Notes: a model not told the origin generated them from the letters alone. A stretch of DNA of 55,658 nucleotides from Actinomycetota bacterium (GCA_048594645.1 JBMDWR010000167.1:1-55658); one strand, 5' to 3'. Positions 33,938 to 42,774 are shown, counted from the stretch's first letter. Made by a program: numbers and translations.

Positions 33938-35410
33938 CTAGCAACCGCGTTTCGGCCCTCCGGAACGGCCTCGATCGCCGGGAAGCGATGGGCTCGGAAG
34001 GTCGAGCGTGAACCGGAGCTCACCGTCGGAAACGCGTGCCGACACGTCGCCGCCGTGCGCACGAGCGACGCCGTGGGCGACGAACAGACCGGTCTTGCTC
34101 CCCGAACCCGTCCCCGGCGCCTGCAGCACGAACAGCCCCTCCGCCTCGTCCTGCGAGAGGCGGGTATCCGCACGATGCGCCTCGACCGACAAACGGTCGT
34201 CGCGCAGGCGCCCGTCGACCAGCACCGGCCCCTCGTTCGCCCACCACACGAGCGACTCGACGAACGCCTCGAGCATCAGGCGGAGCCGCTCGGGGTCGAC
34301 GAACGCCACGACGTCCCCACCGGTCCACCGCACCGGCGCGTGGTCTGGATCGCGGGCGAGCGACGACGCGATCTGCTCGACGACCTGGCCGACGTCGGTG
34401 CGCTCGGGGAACAACTCGACCGCGTCGGCGGCCACGCGAGCCGCGTCCACCAGTTGGCGCACGATCGCGTTCAGGCGGTCGCTGTCGAACTCGATGCCGG
34501 CGAGCATCAACTCGCGGTCTTCGGCCGAGATCTGGTCCCACCGCGTCGCGAGGGTGTGGCTGAGCCCCTTCATCGCCGTGAGCGGCGAACGGATGTCGTG
34601 CGCGGCCGCGGCGATCACGGTCTCGAGCACCGCCCGGTGGCCTTCCCGACGCTGCCGCTTCCACTCGAACAGGCATACGCTGGCGGCGGCGGCCAGGTTG
34701 AGTGATTCCGCTCGACGGTCGATCGGCACGCGAACCGCGGCGTCCGCGAGCGTGGCCATCTCGTCAGGGAGCCCCCACGCCTCGTTGCCGAACAGGAACG
34801 CGACCGGGTCGGCGAGGTCCTGCTCGTACAGGTCCGCCTCGGCCGAGGCGTCCATCGCGAGCACCCTGAGCCCGCGCTCGCGGACGGCTTCGACCGCCGC
34901 CTCGGTGTCGGCGTCGCGAACGACGGGGACATGGAACAGCGACCCGGCCGAAGCCCTGACCGTCTTCGGGTTGTACACGTCGACCGACGAGGACGAGAAG
35001 ACGACGGCGTCCGCGCCTGCCGCATCGGCCGAACGCAGGACGGTGCCGGCGTTGCCGGGATCGCGGACGGCGTGCAAGATCGCGACGCACGACGGCCGTG
35101 CCACGTCGCCCAGCTCGATGTCGACGAACGGCGCGACGCCGACGAGGCCCTGTGGCGTGACGGTGCCGGTCAGGCGCGCCATCACCTCGTCGCTCACGTG
35201 CACCGTCTGGACGTCGCAGGCTCGAGCGCGTTCGACCAGCCGGTGCGAGGGATCGGTGTGGAACAGCGTTCGCAGGCCGCCGTCCAGGGCGAGCGCCTCG
35301 CCCACGGCCTGCGCGCCTTCGACGAGGAATCGGCGTTCGCCCTCCCGGAAGGTGCGCTTGTGGAGCTTGAGCGCCGCCGCGACCCTCGGGTTGCGGGTGG
35401 AGGTGATCAC
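33938..35410 (-). CDS. fusion protein: TrmH/SpoU-family RNA 2'-O-methyltransferase + HisKA/HATPase-like histidine-kinase transmitter module
   Basis: GTG 35410 lies 5 nt after GGGAG and 30 nt after the rplT stop. aa 1-~250 are SpoU-like (VRDPGNAGTVLRSADAAGA, FLFGNEAWGLP, ESLNLAAAASVCLFE). aa ~262-490 carry an H-box AAAHDIRSPLTAMKGL (His codon 34598-34600) and an N-box-like ESLVWWANEG. The G2-like segment is GTGSGSKTGLFVAHGVARAHGG and no DxGxG G1 box is present. It is one uninterrupted ORF. Confidence 0.8.
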   Translation of the reverse strand: MITSTRNPRVAAALKLHKRTFREGERRFLVEGAQAVGEALALDGGLRTLFHTDPSHRLVERARACDVQTVHVSDEVMARLTGTVTPQGLVGVAPFVDIELGDVARPSCVAILHAVRDPGNAGTVLRSADAAGADAVVFSSSSVDVYNPKTVRASAGSLFHVPVVRDADTEAAVEAVRERGLRVLAMDASAEADLYEQDLADPVAFLFGNEAWGLPDEMATLADAAVRVPIDRRAESLNLAAAASVCLFEWKRQRREGHRAVLETVIAAAAHDIRSPLTAMKGLSHTLATRWDQISAEDRELMLAGIEFDSDRLNAIVRQLVDAARVAADAVELFPERTDVGQVVEQIASSLARDPDHAPVRWTGGDVVAFVDPERLRLMLEAFVESLVWWANEGPVLVDGRLRDDRLSVEAHRADTRLSQDEAEGLFVLQAPGTGSGSKTGLFVAHGVARAHGGDVSARVSDGELRFTLDLPSPSLPGDRGRSGGPKRGC

Positions 35411-35439
35411 GTCGCTCCCGCCCGTCGCCCCGGCGGAGC

Positions 35440-35799
35440 CTAGGCCGCGAGCGCGTCCTTGGCGGCCTGGGCCAATCGCCCGAACGCGGCCGGATCTCGC
35501 ACGGCCATGTCGGCCAGGACCTTGCGGTCGACGTCGATGCCGGCCCTGCTCAGGCCGTGAACGAAGGTCGAGTACGACATCCCGTTCTGGCGCGCGCCTG
35601 CCCCGATCCGAGCGATCCACAGCCGCCGGAACTGCGCCTTGCGGTCTCGGCGGTCGCGGTACGCGTACTGGCCGGAGTGGAGGAGCTGCTCCTTCGCGAC
35701 GCGGTAGCGCCGGGAACGCGAGCCGTAATAGCCCTTGGCCTTGCGCAGCACCTCACGGCGCTTCTTCTTGGCGTGGACCGAACGCTTGACCCGTGCCAT
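35440..35799 (-). CDS. rplT: 50S ribosomal protein L20
   Basis: ATG 35799. [38 protein letters not shown]... is canonical L20. The longer track ORF is a read-through. Confidence 0.95.
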   Translation of the reverse strand: MARVKRSVHAKKKRREVLRKAKGYYGSRSRRYRVAKEQLLHSGQYAYRDRRDRKAQFRRLWIARIGAGARQNGMSYSTFVHGLSRAGIDVDRKVLADMAVRDPAAFGRLAQAAKDALAA

Positions 35800-35804
35800 C
35801 TGCC

Positions 35805-35996
35805 CTACTTCCCCAGCAGCCGGCGGATGTTGGTGCGCTCCGCCGTGACCTCGGTCATCCCCTCGACGCGGCGACGACGGCTCCCACCCTTCTTCTTCAG
35901 GAAGTGGTTCCCCGTCGCCTTGCGGTGAAGGATCTTGCCGGTCCGCGTGATGCGGAACCGCTTGGCGGTCGCTCTGTGCGTCTTCTGCTTCGGCAT
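35805..35996 (-). CDS. rpmI: 50S ribosomal protein L35
   Basis: 63 aa. [22 protein letters not shown]... is canonical L35. Confidence 0.95.
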   Translation of the reverse strand: MPKQKTHRATAKRFRITRTGKILHRKATGNHFLKKKGGSRRRRVEGMTEVTAERTNIRRLLGK

Positions 35997-36007
35997 GGGT
36001 TCTTCCC

Positions 36008-36628
36008 CTACGCGTCCTGCGGTTGCTGTACGCCCTCCATCGGAGGGGTTGTCGCCTCGGGCGCCTCACGCTCGGGAGCCGCGTCTGCGGAGGGCGCCGT
36101 CTGCGATCGCCTCTCCGCCGGCTTCGGCTCGGGATGCTTCTTCGTCGGCGCGATGACCATCACCATGTTGCGTCCGTCCTGCTTGGGAGAGGCCTCCACG
36201 ACGGCCGAGTCCCCCAGGTCCGCGACGAGACGGTCGAGGATCTTCCGGCCGAGCTCCGTGCGGGCCATCTCGCGCCCCCGGAACATGATGGTCACCTTGA
36301 CCCGCGCGCCCGCTCGCAGGAACCGCTCGACGTGCCCCTTCTTGGTTGCGTAGTCGTGCGGGTCGATCTTCGGGCGGAACTTGATCTCCTTGACCTCGAT
36401 CCGGGCCTGCTTCTTGCGGGCCTCCTTCTGGCGGATGTCGCGCTCGTACTTGTACTTCCCGTAGTCCATGATCCTGGCTACGGGGGGGTTCGCCTGCGGC
36501 GCCACCTCCACGAGATCGAGATCGAGATCCTGCGCCTGCCGGAGCGCGTCTGCGGTCGAGACGATCCCCACCTGCGAGCCGTCGGGACCGACCAGGCGCA
36601 CCTGCGGCGACCGGATCCGATCGTTTAT
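36008..36628 (-). CDS. infC: translation initiation factor IF-3 (non-canonical start codon)
   Basis: The conserved IF-3 N-terminus [23 protein letters not shown] extends upstream of the track's GTG 36601. An in-frame TGA lies at 36653-36655. The only near-cognate codon between that stop and INDRIR is ATA at 36626-36628. The C-terminus has an Ala/Pro/Glu-rich tail. Confidence 0.85.
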   Translation of the reverse strand: MNDRIRSPQVRLVGPDGSQVGIVSTADALRQAQDLDLDLVEVAPQANPPVARIMDYGKYKYERDIRQKEARKKQARIEVKEIKFRPKIDPHDYATKKGHVERFLRAGARVKVTIMFRGREMARTELGRKILDRLVADLGDSAVVEASPKQDGRNMVMVIAPTKKHPEPKPAERRSQTAPSADAAPEREAPEATTPPMEGVQQPQDA

Positions 36629-36672
36629 GCGCGGATCAGCCGAGACCCCGCATCACCTCCTACCGATGAGAA

Positions 36673-36695
36673 GGCACCGGCCGTCCGCCGGTGCC
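36673..36695 (-). terminator. GC-rich hairpin downstream of csp (candidate intrinsic terminator or infC leader structure)
   Basis: Minus strand GGCACCGGC-GGACG-GCCGGTGCC, a 9-bp perfect stem followed by TTCTCAT. It lies ~90 nt after the csp stop and ~15 nt before a GGAGG upstream of infC. Confidence 0.4.
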
Positions 36696-36782
36696 ACCCG
36701 AACACGGTGAACAGAACCCGGTGAGTATAGGTGCTGGTCGTCGAGGCTGTCGATGCTCGGCGCACGCGCCTGTCGGGGAGGC

Positions 36783-36989
36783 TCAGACCGGCCGGACGTT
36801 GGCCGCCTGCTTGCCCTTGGGGCCGTCGACGACGTCGAACTCGACCGCCTGGCCCTCGGTGAGCGACTTGTATCCCTCGCCCTCGATCGCGGAGAAGTGG
36901 ACGAACACGTCGTCCTGCCCCTCGCGGGAGATGAAGCCGAAGCCCTTCTCGTTGCTGAACCACTTCACGGTGCCCTGCTCTGCCAACAT
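36783..36989 (-). CDS. cspA: cold-shock protein (CspA family)
   Basis: 68 aa with [15 protein letters not shown] (RNP1) and VFVHFSAI (RNP2). Confidence 0.95.
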   Translation of the reverse strand: MLAEQGTVKWFSNEKGFGFISREGQDDVFVHFSAIEGEGYKSLTEGQAVEFDVVDGPKGKQAANVRPV

Positions 36990-37014
36990 GCCCTCCTGTG
37001 CCTGGAGCGCGCGG

Positions 37015-37044
37015 AGCGTAGCACGCGGCTCGCACGGCTCTCAA
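37015..37044 (-). promoter_or_regulatory. candidate sigma-70/SigA-type promoter of csp
   Basis: Minus strand TTGAGA (37039-37044), an 18-nt spacer and TACGCT (37015-37020). It lies ~25 nt upstream of the csp ATG, which is preceded by AGGAGGG. Confidence 0.4.
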
Positions 37045-37069
37045 CGACGGGGAACCGCGTTGGGCCTGC

Positions 37070-37420
37070 TCACCAATCGGGCTCGAGCGGTCTGCCGTAG
37101 TCATCCTCCAGTCGGAGGGTATCGTCCTCGGTCGTGTAGCCGTACGCGATCTCGAGCACGCGGCCGCGCGACGCGCCGGGGTTCGCGATCCGGTGCGTGG
37201 TCTCGGCGCTCACCATGAACTCCTCACCGGAGGAGGCCTCCACCTGACGGTTGCCGATCTGCACGCTGAGACCCGGATCGAGCACGACCCACATCTCGTC
37301 CCGCATCTGGTGGTAGTGCACGCTGGTCTCCTGTCCAGGTTCGACCGTGATCACCCGAACGGAGCTCGGCTGGTTGAGCGCGTACGTCACCACCTTGCCC
37401 CATGGCTTGTCGACGATCAC
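37070..37420 (-). CDS. cupin domain protein (mannose-6-phosphate isomerase type II C-terminal-like)
   Basis: 116 aa. DKPWG...L.....V..ITV.PG...S.H.H..R.E.W.V is the typical cupin motif 1/2 arrangement. GTG 37420 lies 3 nt after the ribH stop. Confidence 0.75.
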   Translation of the reverse strand: MIVDKPWGKVVTYALNQPSSVRVITVEPGQETSVHYHQMRDEMWVVLDPGLSVQIGNRQVEASSGEEFMVSAETTHRIANPGASRGRVLEIAYGYTTEDDTLRLEDDYGRPLEPDW

Positions 37421-37423
37421 GAC

Positions 37424-37954
37424 TCATGCCTCCTTGGGGAGCTGTTCGAGCAGCGAGGCCATCTCGATCGCCGCGGCGGCGGCGTCCCACCCCTTGTTCC
37501 CGTGCGCCCCGCCCGCTCGCTCGAACGCCTGCTCCGCGGTCTCCGTCGTGAGGACGCCGAACGTGACCGGCACGCCCGTCGCCTCGCCCGCCTCCCGGAC
37601 GCCGGCCGCCGCTTGAGACGCGACGTGGTCGAAGTGAGCCGTCTCGCCGCGGATCACCGCACCCAGGCAGATCACCCCGTCGTACGTCTTCGACGACGCC
37701 AGGCGCCGGGCGACCAGCGGCAGCTCGAACGCCCCGGGGACCCACGCCACGTCGATGTCGTCGTCGGCGACCTCGTGCGCGCGCAGCGCGTCGAGCGCTC
37801 CGGCGAGCAGCCGGCGCGTCACGGGCTCGTTGAACCGAGCGACGACGATCGCGAACCGGCGACCGCGCGCCTGCGGGTCGGCCGTGATCTGGCGCACGCC
37901 GCGGGTCTCCTCGCTCGTGGCGGGTCGTTGGCCCGGCTCTCGCACCTCGGTCAC
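37424..37954 (-). CDS. ribH: 6,7-dimethyl-8-ribityllumazine synthase
   Basis: The core [20 protein letters not shown]...[11 protein letters not shown]...[20 protein letters not shown]...VTFGVLT is canonical. GTG 37954 overlaps the ribBA stop (GTGA). An internal GTG ~20 codons downstream is an alternative start. Confidence 0.85.
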   Translation of the reverse strand: MTEVREPGQRPATSEETRGVRQITADPQARGRRFAIVVARFNEPVTRRLLAGALDALRAHEVADDDIDVAWVPGAFELPLVARRLASSKTYDGVICLGAVIRGETAHFDHVASQAAAGVREAGEATGVPVTFGVLTTETAEQAFERAGGAHGNKGWDAAAAAIEMASLLEQLPKEA

Positions 37955-39198
37955 GGCGCGACCTCGGGCTCGGGCTCGAGGTTCTCCAGCAGGTGACCGA
38001 GCTTCTCCCGCTTCGTGCGCAGATACTCGATGTTCTCGGCGTTGGGTCGCGTCTCGAGCGGCACGCGTTCGACGATCGACAGGCCGTACCCTTCCAGCCC
38101 CGCGCGTTTCGCCGGGTTGTTCGTGAGCAGGCGCATCGACCGCACGCCGAGGTCGACGAGGATCTGCGCGCCGATGCCGTAGTCGCGCGGGTCGGCCGCG
38201 AACCCCAGCTCCACGTTGGCCTCGACCGTGTCGCGGCCCTGCTCCTGGAGCCGGTACGCCCGCAGCTTGTGCGTGAGCCCGATCGCACGCCCCTCGTGGC
38301 CGCGGACGTAGAGGATCACCCCACGCCCCTCCTTCCCCACCTGCGCGATCGCGCTCTGGAGCTGGTCGCCGCAGTCGCACCGCATCGAACCGAACACATC
38401 GCCCGTCAGGCACTCGGAGTGGACGCGGACCAGGATCCGCTCGCCGTTCCCCACGTGGCCGAGCACGAGCGCCACGTGCACCATGCCGTCGATCAGGCTC
38501 TCGTACGTGTACGCGGTGAACTCGCCGTGCTCCGTCGGGATCTGCGCCTCTGCCGTCCTTCTGACCAGGTGCTCACGGCGCCTGCGGTACTCGATCAGGT
38601 CCGCGATCGAGATGATCTTCAGGCCGTGCTCCTTCGCCACGCGCACGAGCTCGGGAAGGCGCGCCATCGACCCGTCGGGATGCAGCACCTCGCAGAGGAC
38701 GCCTGCCGGGTACAAGCCCGCGAGCCTCGCCAGGTCGACGGTCGCCTCGGTGTGCCCGGCGCGCTTCATCACGCCGCCCTCCTGCGCCATGAGGGGGAAG
38801 ACGTGCCCGGGCATACGTATGTCGTCGGGCTCGAGGCTCGGATCGGCGATCGCGCGCACGGTCGCGGCGCGATCGAACGCGCTCGTGCCGGTCGTGGTCC
38901 TGCCCTTGATGTCGATCGACACGGCGAACGCCGTCCCGTGGCTCTCGTTGTTCTTCGAGACCATCAACGGGATGCGGAGCTCGGCCAGGCGGTGCTCCGT
39001 CATGGGCATGCACACGATGCCGCGCCCGTGCGTGACCATGAAGTTGAGGCTCTCGGGTGTGGCCTTCTCGGCCGCCATGATGAAGTCGCCCTCGTTCTCG
39101 CGATCGGCGTCGTCGACGACGATCACGATCTTGCCGGCACGGATGTCCTCGATCGCCTCCTCGATCGTCGAGAACGCGGACGCGGTCCCCTCACCCAT
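37951..39198 (-). CDS. ribBA: bifunctional 3,4-dihydroxy-2-butanone-4-phosphate synthase / GTP cyclohydrolase II
   Basis: The DHBP synthase part has DRENEGD and HTEA. The GCH II part has [23 protein letters not shown] 39198 overlaps the ribE stop region by 8 nt. Upstream ATGs at 39216 and 39249 are alternative starts. Confidence 0.9.
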   Translation of the reverse strand: MGEGTASAFSTIEEAIEDIRAGKIVIVVDDADRENEGDFIMAAEKATPESLNFMVTHGRGIVCMPMTEHRLAELRIPLMVSKNNESHGTAFAVSIDIKGRTTTGTSAFDRAATVRAIADPSLEPDDIRMPGHVFPLMAQEGGVMKRAGHTEATVDLARLAGLYPAGVLCEVLHPDGSMARLPELVRVAKEHGLKIISIADLIEYRRRREHLVRRTAEAQIPTEHGEFTAYTYESLIDGMVHVALVLGHVGNGERILVRVHSECLTGDVFGSMRCDCGDQLQSAIAQVGKEGRGVILYVRGHEGRAIGLTHKLRAYRLQEQGRDTVEANVELGFAADPRDYGIGAQILVDLGVRSMRLLTNNPAKRAGLEGYGLSIVERVPLETRPNAENIEYLRTKREKLGHLLENLEPEPEVAP

Positions 39199-39823
39199 CG
39201 TCTTCCTCTCTCCCATCCGGGACCGCCACAGGCGGCCGTCCCGGCTCATCGTCGAGGAGCGCCTCGACGTACTTGGCGATCACATCGACCTCCAGGTTCA
39301 CGGGGTCGCCGACCTCGACCGTGCCGAGCGTCGTCGCGTCCAGCGTGTGCGGGATCAACGCCACGCCGAACGCGTCCCCGTCGAGCGACGCGACGGTCAG
39401 GCTGACGCCGTCCACGCTCACCGAACCTTTCTCGACGAGATAGCGCATCAGCGGTTCGGGCGCTCGCACCGAGAGCCACGCGTTGCCGTCGCCCAGTCGT
39501 TCGAACGCCAGCACCTCGCCGACGCCGTCCACGTGCCCTTGCACGAGGTGCCCGCCGAGCCGGCTCGACAGCGTCACCGGGCGCTCGAGGTTCACCGGAT
39601 CTCCCTCGCGAACTCGCGAGAAGCTCGTCCGACGAAGCGTCTCCTCGGACAGGTCGAACGAGAGGCCGTCGTCGGAACGTTCGACGACGGTGAGGCACAC
39701 GCCGTTCACGGCGATCGACGCGCCGAGCGACGTATCGGCCGTCACGGTCCGGCAACCGATGGACAGTCGCGTCGGATCGATCCGGCGCACCACGCCGCGT
39801 TCCTCAACGATCCCGGTGAACAT
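39191..39823 (-). CDS. ribE: riboflavin synthase (alpha chain)
   Basis: 210 aa. MFTGIVEERG... plus the duplicated lumazine-binding repeats (GASIAVNGVCLTV / GSVSVDGVSLTV). Confidence 0.9.
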   Translation of the reverse strand: MFTGIVEERGVVRRIDPTRLSIGCRTVTADTSLGASIAVNGVCLTVVERSDDGLSFDLSEETLRRTSFSRVREGDPVNLERPVTLSSRLGGHLVQGHVDGVGEVLAFERLGDGNAWLSVRAPEPLMRYLVEKGSVSVDGVSLTVASLDGDAFGVALIPHTLDATTLGTVEVGDPVNLEVDVIAKYVEALLDDEPGRPPVAVPDGREEDDG

Positions 39824-40901
39824 CGGCCTCCACCTTCACGTCCGAGCCGAGACGCTCGACGGAGCGGATCTCCAGCCGCAGCGCCCGCCCGACGGGCGCG
39901 AACCCCCGCCCTTCCAGCACCGTTGGGGCGAGCTCGCCCCCTATCAGCGTCGGAGCCAGGTACAGCACCACCTTGTCGACGAGGAGCTCCTCGACCGCTG
40001 ACCACGCCAGCGTGGGACCCCCCTCGAGCAGCACCCCTTGCACGTTGCGCTTGCCCAGGTCCGCGAACAGCGCGCCGAGCGGAACGCCCTCGCTCTCGGC
40101 GTCCAGGACGACCACCTCGGCGCCGCTGTCGCGCCACCCCTCGCGTACTTCGATCGGCGCCATCTCCGTGGTCGCCACCAGCGTCGGCGCCTGATCGTCG
40201 AACAGGTCGCCCGTCGGAGTGACCCGACCACGTCCGTCGACGAGCACGCGGATCGGCGGGCGGCCGCGGTAGTCCGGATCTCGGACGGTGAGCTCGGGGT
40301 CGTCTGCCAGCGCGGTGCCCGCGCCGACGACGATCGCGTCGGACCACGCGCGCAGCCTGTGGACGTCCGCCCGGGCGGCCTCGCCGGTGATCCATCGCGA
40401 CGAGCCGTCGCGGGCCGCGACCTTCCCGTCGAGCGAGGCGGCGGCCTTCCAGGTGACGAACGGGAGGCCGGTCCGAACGTGCTTGGCGAACGCCTCGTTC
40501 AGTCGCTCGGCCGCCTCGGACAGGATCCCGATACGAACGTCGATGCCGCTCGAGCGCAGCTTCGCGAACCCTCGGCCGTCCACCACGGGGTTGGGGTCCG
40601 AAGTCGCCGAGACGACGCGCCGGATGCCGGCCGCCACGATCGCCTCGGTGCAGGGAGGCGTCCGGCCGAAGTGGTCGCAGGGCTCGAGCGAAGTGTAGAG
40701 CGTCGCGCCGCGGGCGCGCTCCCCCGCCTGGTCGAGCGCCGCCACCTCGGCGTGCGGCAGCCCCGGACCCTCGTGCCACCCCTCGCCCACGACGGCGCCA
40801 TCGGCGACGACGAGCGCGCCCACCATCGGGTTCGGCGAGACGAGACCGCGACCCCGCGCCGCCAGCTCGATCGCCCTCTCGATGTACGCCTCGTCTGACA
40901 C
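39804..40901 (-). CDS. ribD: bifunctional diaminohydroxyphosphoribosylaminopyrimidine deaminase / 5-amino-6-(5-phosphoribosylamino)uracil reductase
   Basis: GTG 40901 lies just after GGAGAGG. The deaminase zinc motifs HAEV and PCDHFGRTPPC are present. The reductase domain follows (TWKAAASLDGK...). The 3' end overlaps the ribE start by 20 nt. Confidence 0.9.
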   Translation of the reverse strand: MSDEAYIERAIELAARGRGLVSPNPMVGALVVADGAVVGEGWHEGPGLPHAEVAALDQAGERARGATLYTSLEPCDHFGRTPPCTEAIVAAGIRRVVSATSDPNPVVDGRGFAKLRSSGIDVRIGILSEAAERLNEAFAKHVRTGLPFVTWKAAASLDGKVAARDGSSRWITGEAARADVHRLRAWSDAIVVGAGTALADDPELTVRDPDYRGRPPIRVLVDGRGRVTPTGDLFDDQAPTLVATTEMAPIEVREGWRDSGAEVVVLDAESEGVPLGALFADLGKRNVQGVLLEGGPTLAWSAVEELLVDKVVLYLAPTLIGGELAPTVLEGRGFAPVGRALRLEIRSVERLGSDVKVEADVHRDR

Positions 40902-40971
40902 GCCTCTCCGATCCCGAGGCGAGGCGACGGGGAAAGGGCAGGAGGCGGCAGCGTCGCTGCCGGCACCGCCC

Positions 40972-41096
40972 GTCCTCTCCCATCCCGACTCTGACGGTCG
41001 GTCCCGGAATTCCACCGGGTCAACCCTCGGCCGGCTGCCGAGGGGTCGCGGACTCTCACCGCCGGTGGGGACTTGCACCCCGCCCCGAAGACAGGC
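40972..41096 (-). promoter_or_regulatory. FMN riboswitch (RFN element) leader of the ribD-ribE-ribBA-ribH operon
   Basis: Minus strand GTCTTCGGGGCGGGGTGCAAGTCCCCACCGGCGGTGAGAGTCCGCGACCC...GGGTTGACCCGGTGGAATTCCGGGACCGACCGTCAGAGTCGGGATGGGAGAGGAC reproduces the conserved RFN core segments. A TATACT -10-like hexamer lies at 41111-41116, just upstream. Confidence 0.9.
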
Positions 41097-41185
41097 TTCT
41101 CTGGGGACCCAGTATAGGCGGCACGAACGCCCGGGTCGTCACCGCAGGGGAGGTACGCCGCCCGAGAGGCGGCGGGCGCCGTCGG

Positions 41186-42121
41186 TCAGTCGAGCTTGCG
41201 GCGATCGATCGCGTACGACGACCGCTGCTGACGCTTCGCGTACTGCTTCATCTCGGTCGCGACGGACACGGCCTCGCCGTAGTGGGCGAACGTCCGCACG
41301 TTGGTGGTCGCGATGCCGATCGAGATGCCGACGAGTGGCAGTCGCTGCAGTTCACCCTTGCGGTCCTCCACCTCGACGTACCCGCGCTCGACGTCCTCGG
41401 GCTCGTAGAACCCGCCGATCTTCGCGTCGAACGCGTCGACCACCCGTCGCGCGACGGCCTCGGCCGTCTCCGGGCTCACGACCGCGACGAAGTCGTCACC
41501 GCCGACGTGACCGACGAACCCGTCCGCGCCGGCGAACTCGACGACCGCGTCCTGGATCATGCGCGCCGTCGCCTGGATCAGCCGGTCCCCGCGGACGAAG
41601 CCCTTCTGGTCGTTGTACGCCTTGAAGTTGTCCATGTCCGCGTACAGGACGGCGAACGGGGACCCGTCGCGCACCATCCGCTCGATCTCCTCCTGGATGC
41701 GGATGTTCCCCGGCAGTCCCGTGAGGGGCGACAGGTTGCGCATCTCCTTGGCGCGACGGAGCGTCCCCTTCACGCGGGCCAACAGCTCGATCGGATCGAA
41801 CGGCTTGATGATGTAGTCGTCGGCGCCGGCGGTGAGCCCGAGGACCTTGTCGGTCGCGAGGGCCTTGGCCGTGAGCATGATGATCGACGTTCCGGAGGTC
41901 TGGGGGTTGCGTCGCAGACGGTGCGCGACCTCGAAGCCGTCGATCCTCGGCATCATCACGTCGAGCAGGACCAGGTCGGGCCGGAGCGCCGCGGCCTTCT
42001 CGAGAGCCTCCTCGCCGTCCGAGGCGACGGAGACGTCGTACCCGGCGCTCCGCAGGTTCACCTCGACGAACCGCGCGATGTCGGGATCGTCGTCGACGAC
42101 GAGGATCGACTCGGGCATCAT
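41186..42121 (-). CDS. response regulator with receiver (REC) and GGDEF-type domain (A-site reads GGDDF)
   Basis: 311 aa. REC has ILVVDDD...LVLLDVMMP...(T)AK. The GGDEF domain has SPLTGLPGN...LYADMDNFKAYND..GF.RGD...GHVGGDDFVAV. The start overlaps the rpe stop. Confidence 0.9.
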   Translation of the reverse strand: MMPESILVVDDDPDIARFVEVNLRSAGYDVSVASDGEEALEKAAALRPDLVLLDVMMPRIDGFEVAHRLRRNPQTSGTSIIMLTAKALATDKVLGLTAGADDYIIKPFDPIELLARVKGTLRRAKEMRNLSPLTGLPGNIRIQEEIERMVRDGSPFAVLYADMDNFKAYNDQKGFVRGDRLIQATARMIQDAVVEFAGADGFVGHVGGDDFVAVVSPETAEAVARRVVDAFDAKIGGFYEPEDVERGYVEVEDRKGELQRLPLVGISIGIATTNVRTFAHYGEAVSVATEMKQYAKRQQRSSYAIDRRKLD

Positions 42122-42774
42122 GCCGCTCCGGCGAGCGCCTTCAGCTGGGATGCGGCGTTCCGCGGATCCTCGGCACCGAAGATCGCACTCGCCGCGACCA
42201 GGACGTCGGCCCCCGCGTCGAGGCAGCCGGGCGCCGTCCGAGGATCGACGCCGCCGTCGACGTGGAGCTCGACGTCGAGCCCGCGGCGATCGATCTCGGT
42301 GCGGAGCGCGCGGAGGCTAACGAGCGCCTCGGCTCGGAACGACTGTCCCGCCCATCCCGGTCGAACGGCGAGCACGATCACGTGGTCGACCTCCTCGAGC
42401 GACCCGATCGCCGCATCCGGCGGCGTGTGCGGTGCCAACGCGACCCCCGAGCGCATCCCGGCGTCCCGAGCCCTGCGTGCGATCGGAACGGGATCGCCGA
42501 CCGCCTCGACGTGGAAGCTCACGGCGTCGGTGCCGGCCGCCGCGAGCTCCTCCAGCATCGCCCCCGGATCCTCGACCTGGAGGTGGGCGTGCAGGGGCAG
42601 CCCGGTGTGCGGTCGCAGCGCGGCCACCACCATCGGGCCGATCGTGAGCGGGGGGACGAAATGTCCATCCATGACGTCGATATGGATGAGGTCGGCATGG
42701 GGCTCGACCAGCTTTACCTGGTCGGCCAGGTGAGCGAGGTCCGCCGACAGGATCGAGGCGGCCAGCTTGGCCAC
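42118..42774 (-). CDS. rpe: ribulose-phosphate 3-epimerase
   Basis: 218 aa. SILSADLAHLADQV...IHIDVMDGHFVP...HLQV... is the canonical Rpe pattern. Confidence 0.93.
   Translation of the reverse strand: MAKLAASILSADLAHLADQVKLVEPHADLIHIDVMDGHFVPPLTIGPMVVAALRPHTGLPLHAHLQVEDPGAMLEELAAAGTDAVSFHVEAVGDPVPIARRARDAGMRSGVALAPHTPPDAAIGSLEEVDHVIVLAVRPGWAGQSFRAEALVSLRALRTEIDRRGLDVELHVDGGVDPRTAPGCLDAGADVLVAASAIFGAEDPRNAASQLKALAGAA

Noticed and set aside
36636-36660. GGAGG followed by ATG CGG GGT CTC GGC TGA, a possible 5-codon upstream ORF (MRGLG) in front of infC that might couple translation to the non-canonical infC start.
   Set aside because: The SD-to-ATG spacing is only 2 nt, which is unfavourable for initiation. 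A 5-codon ORF cannot be supported from sequence alone. It is mentioned only as context in the infC finding.
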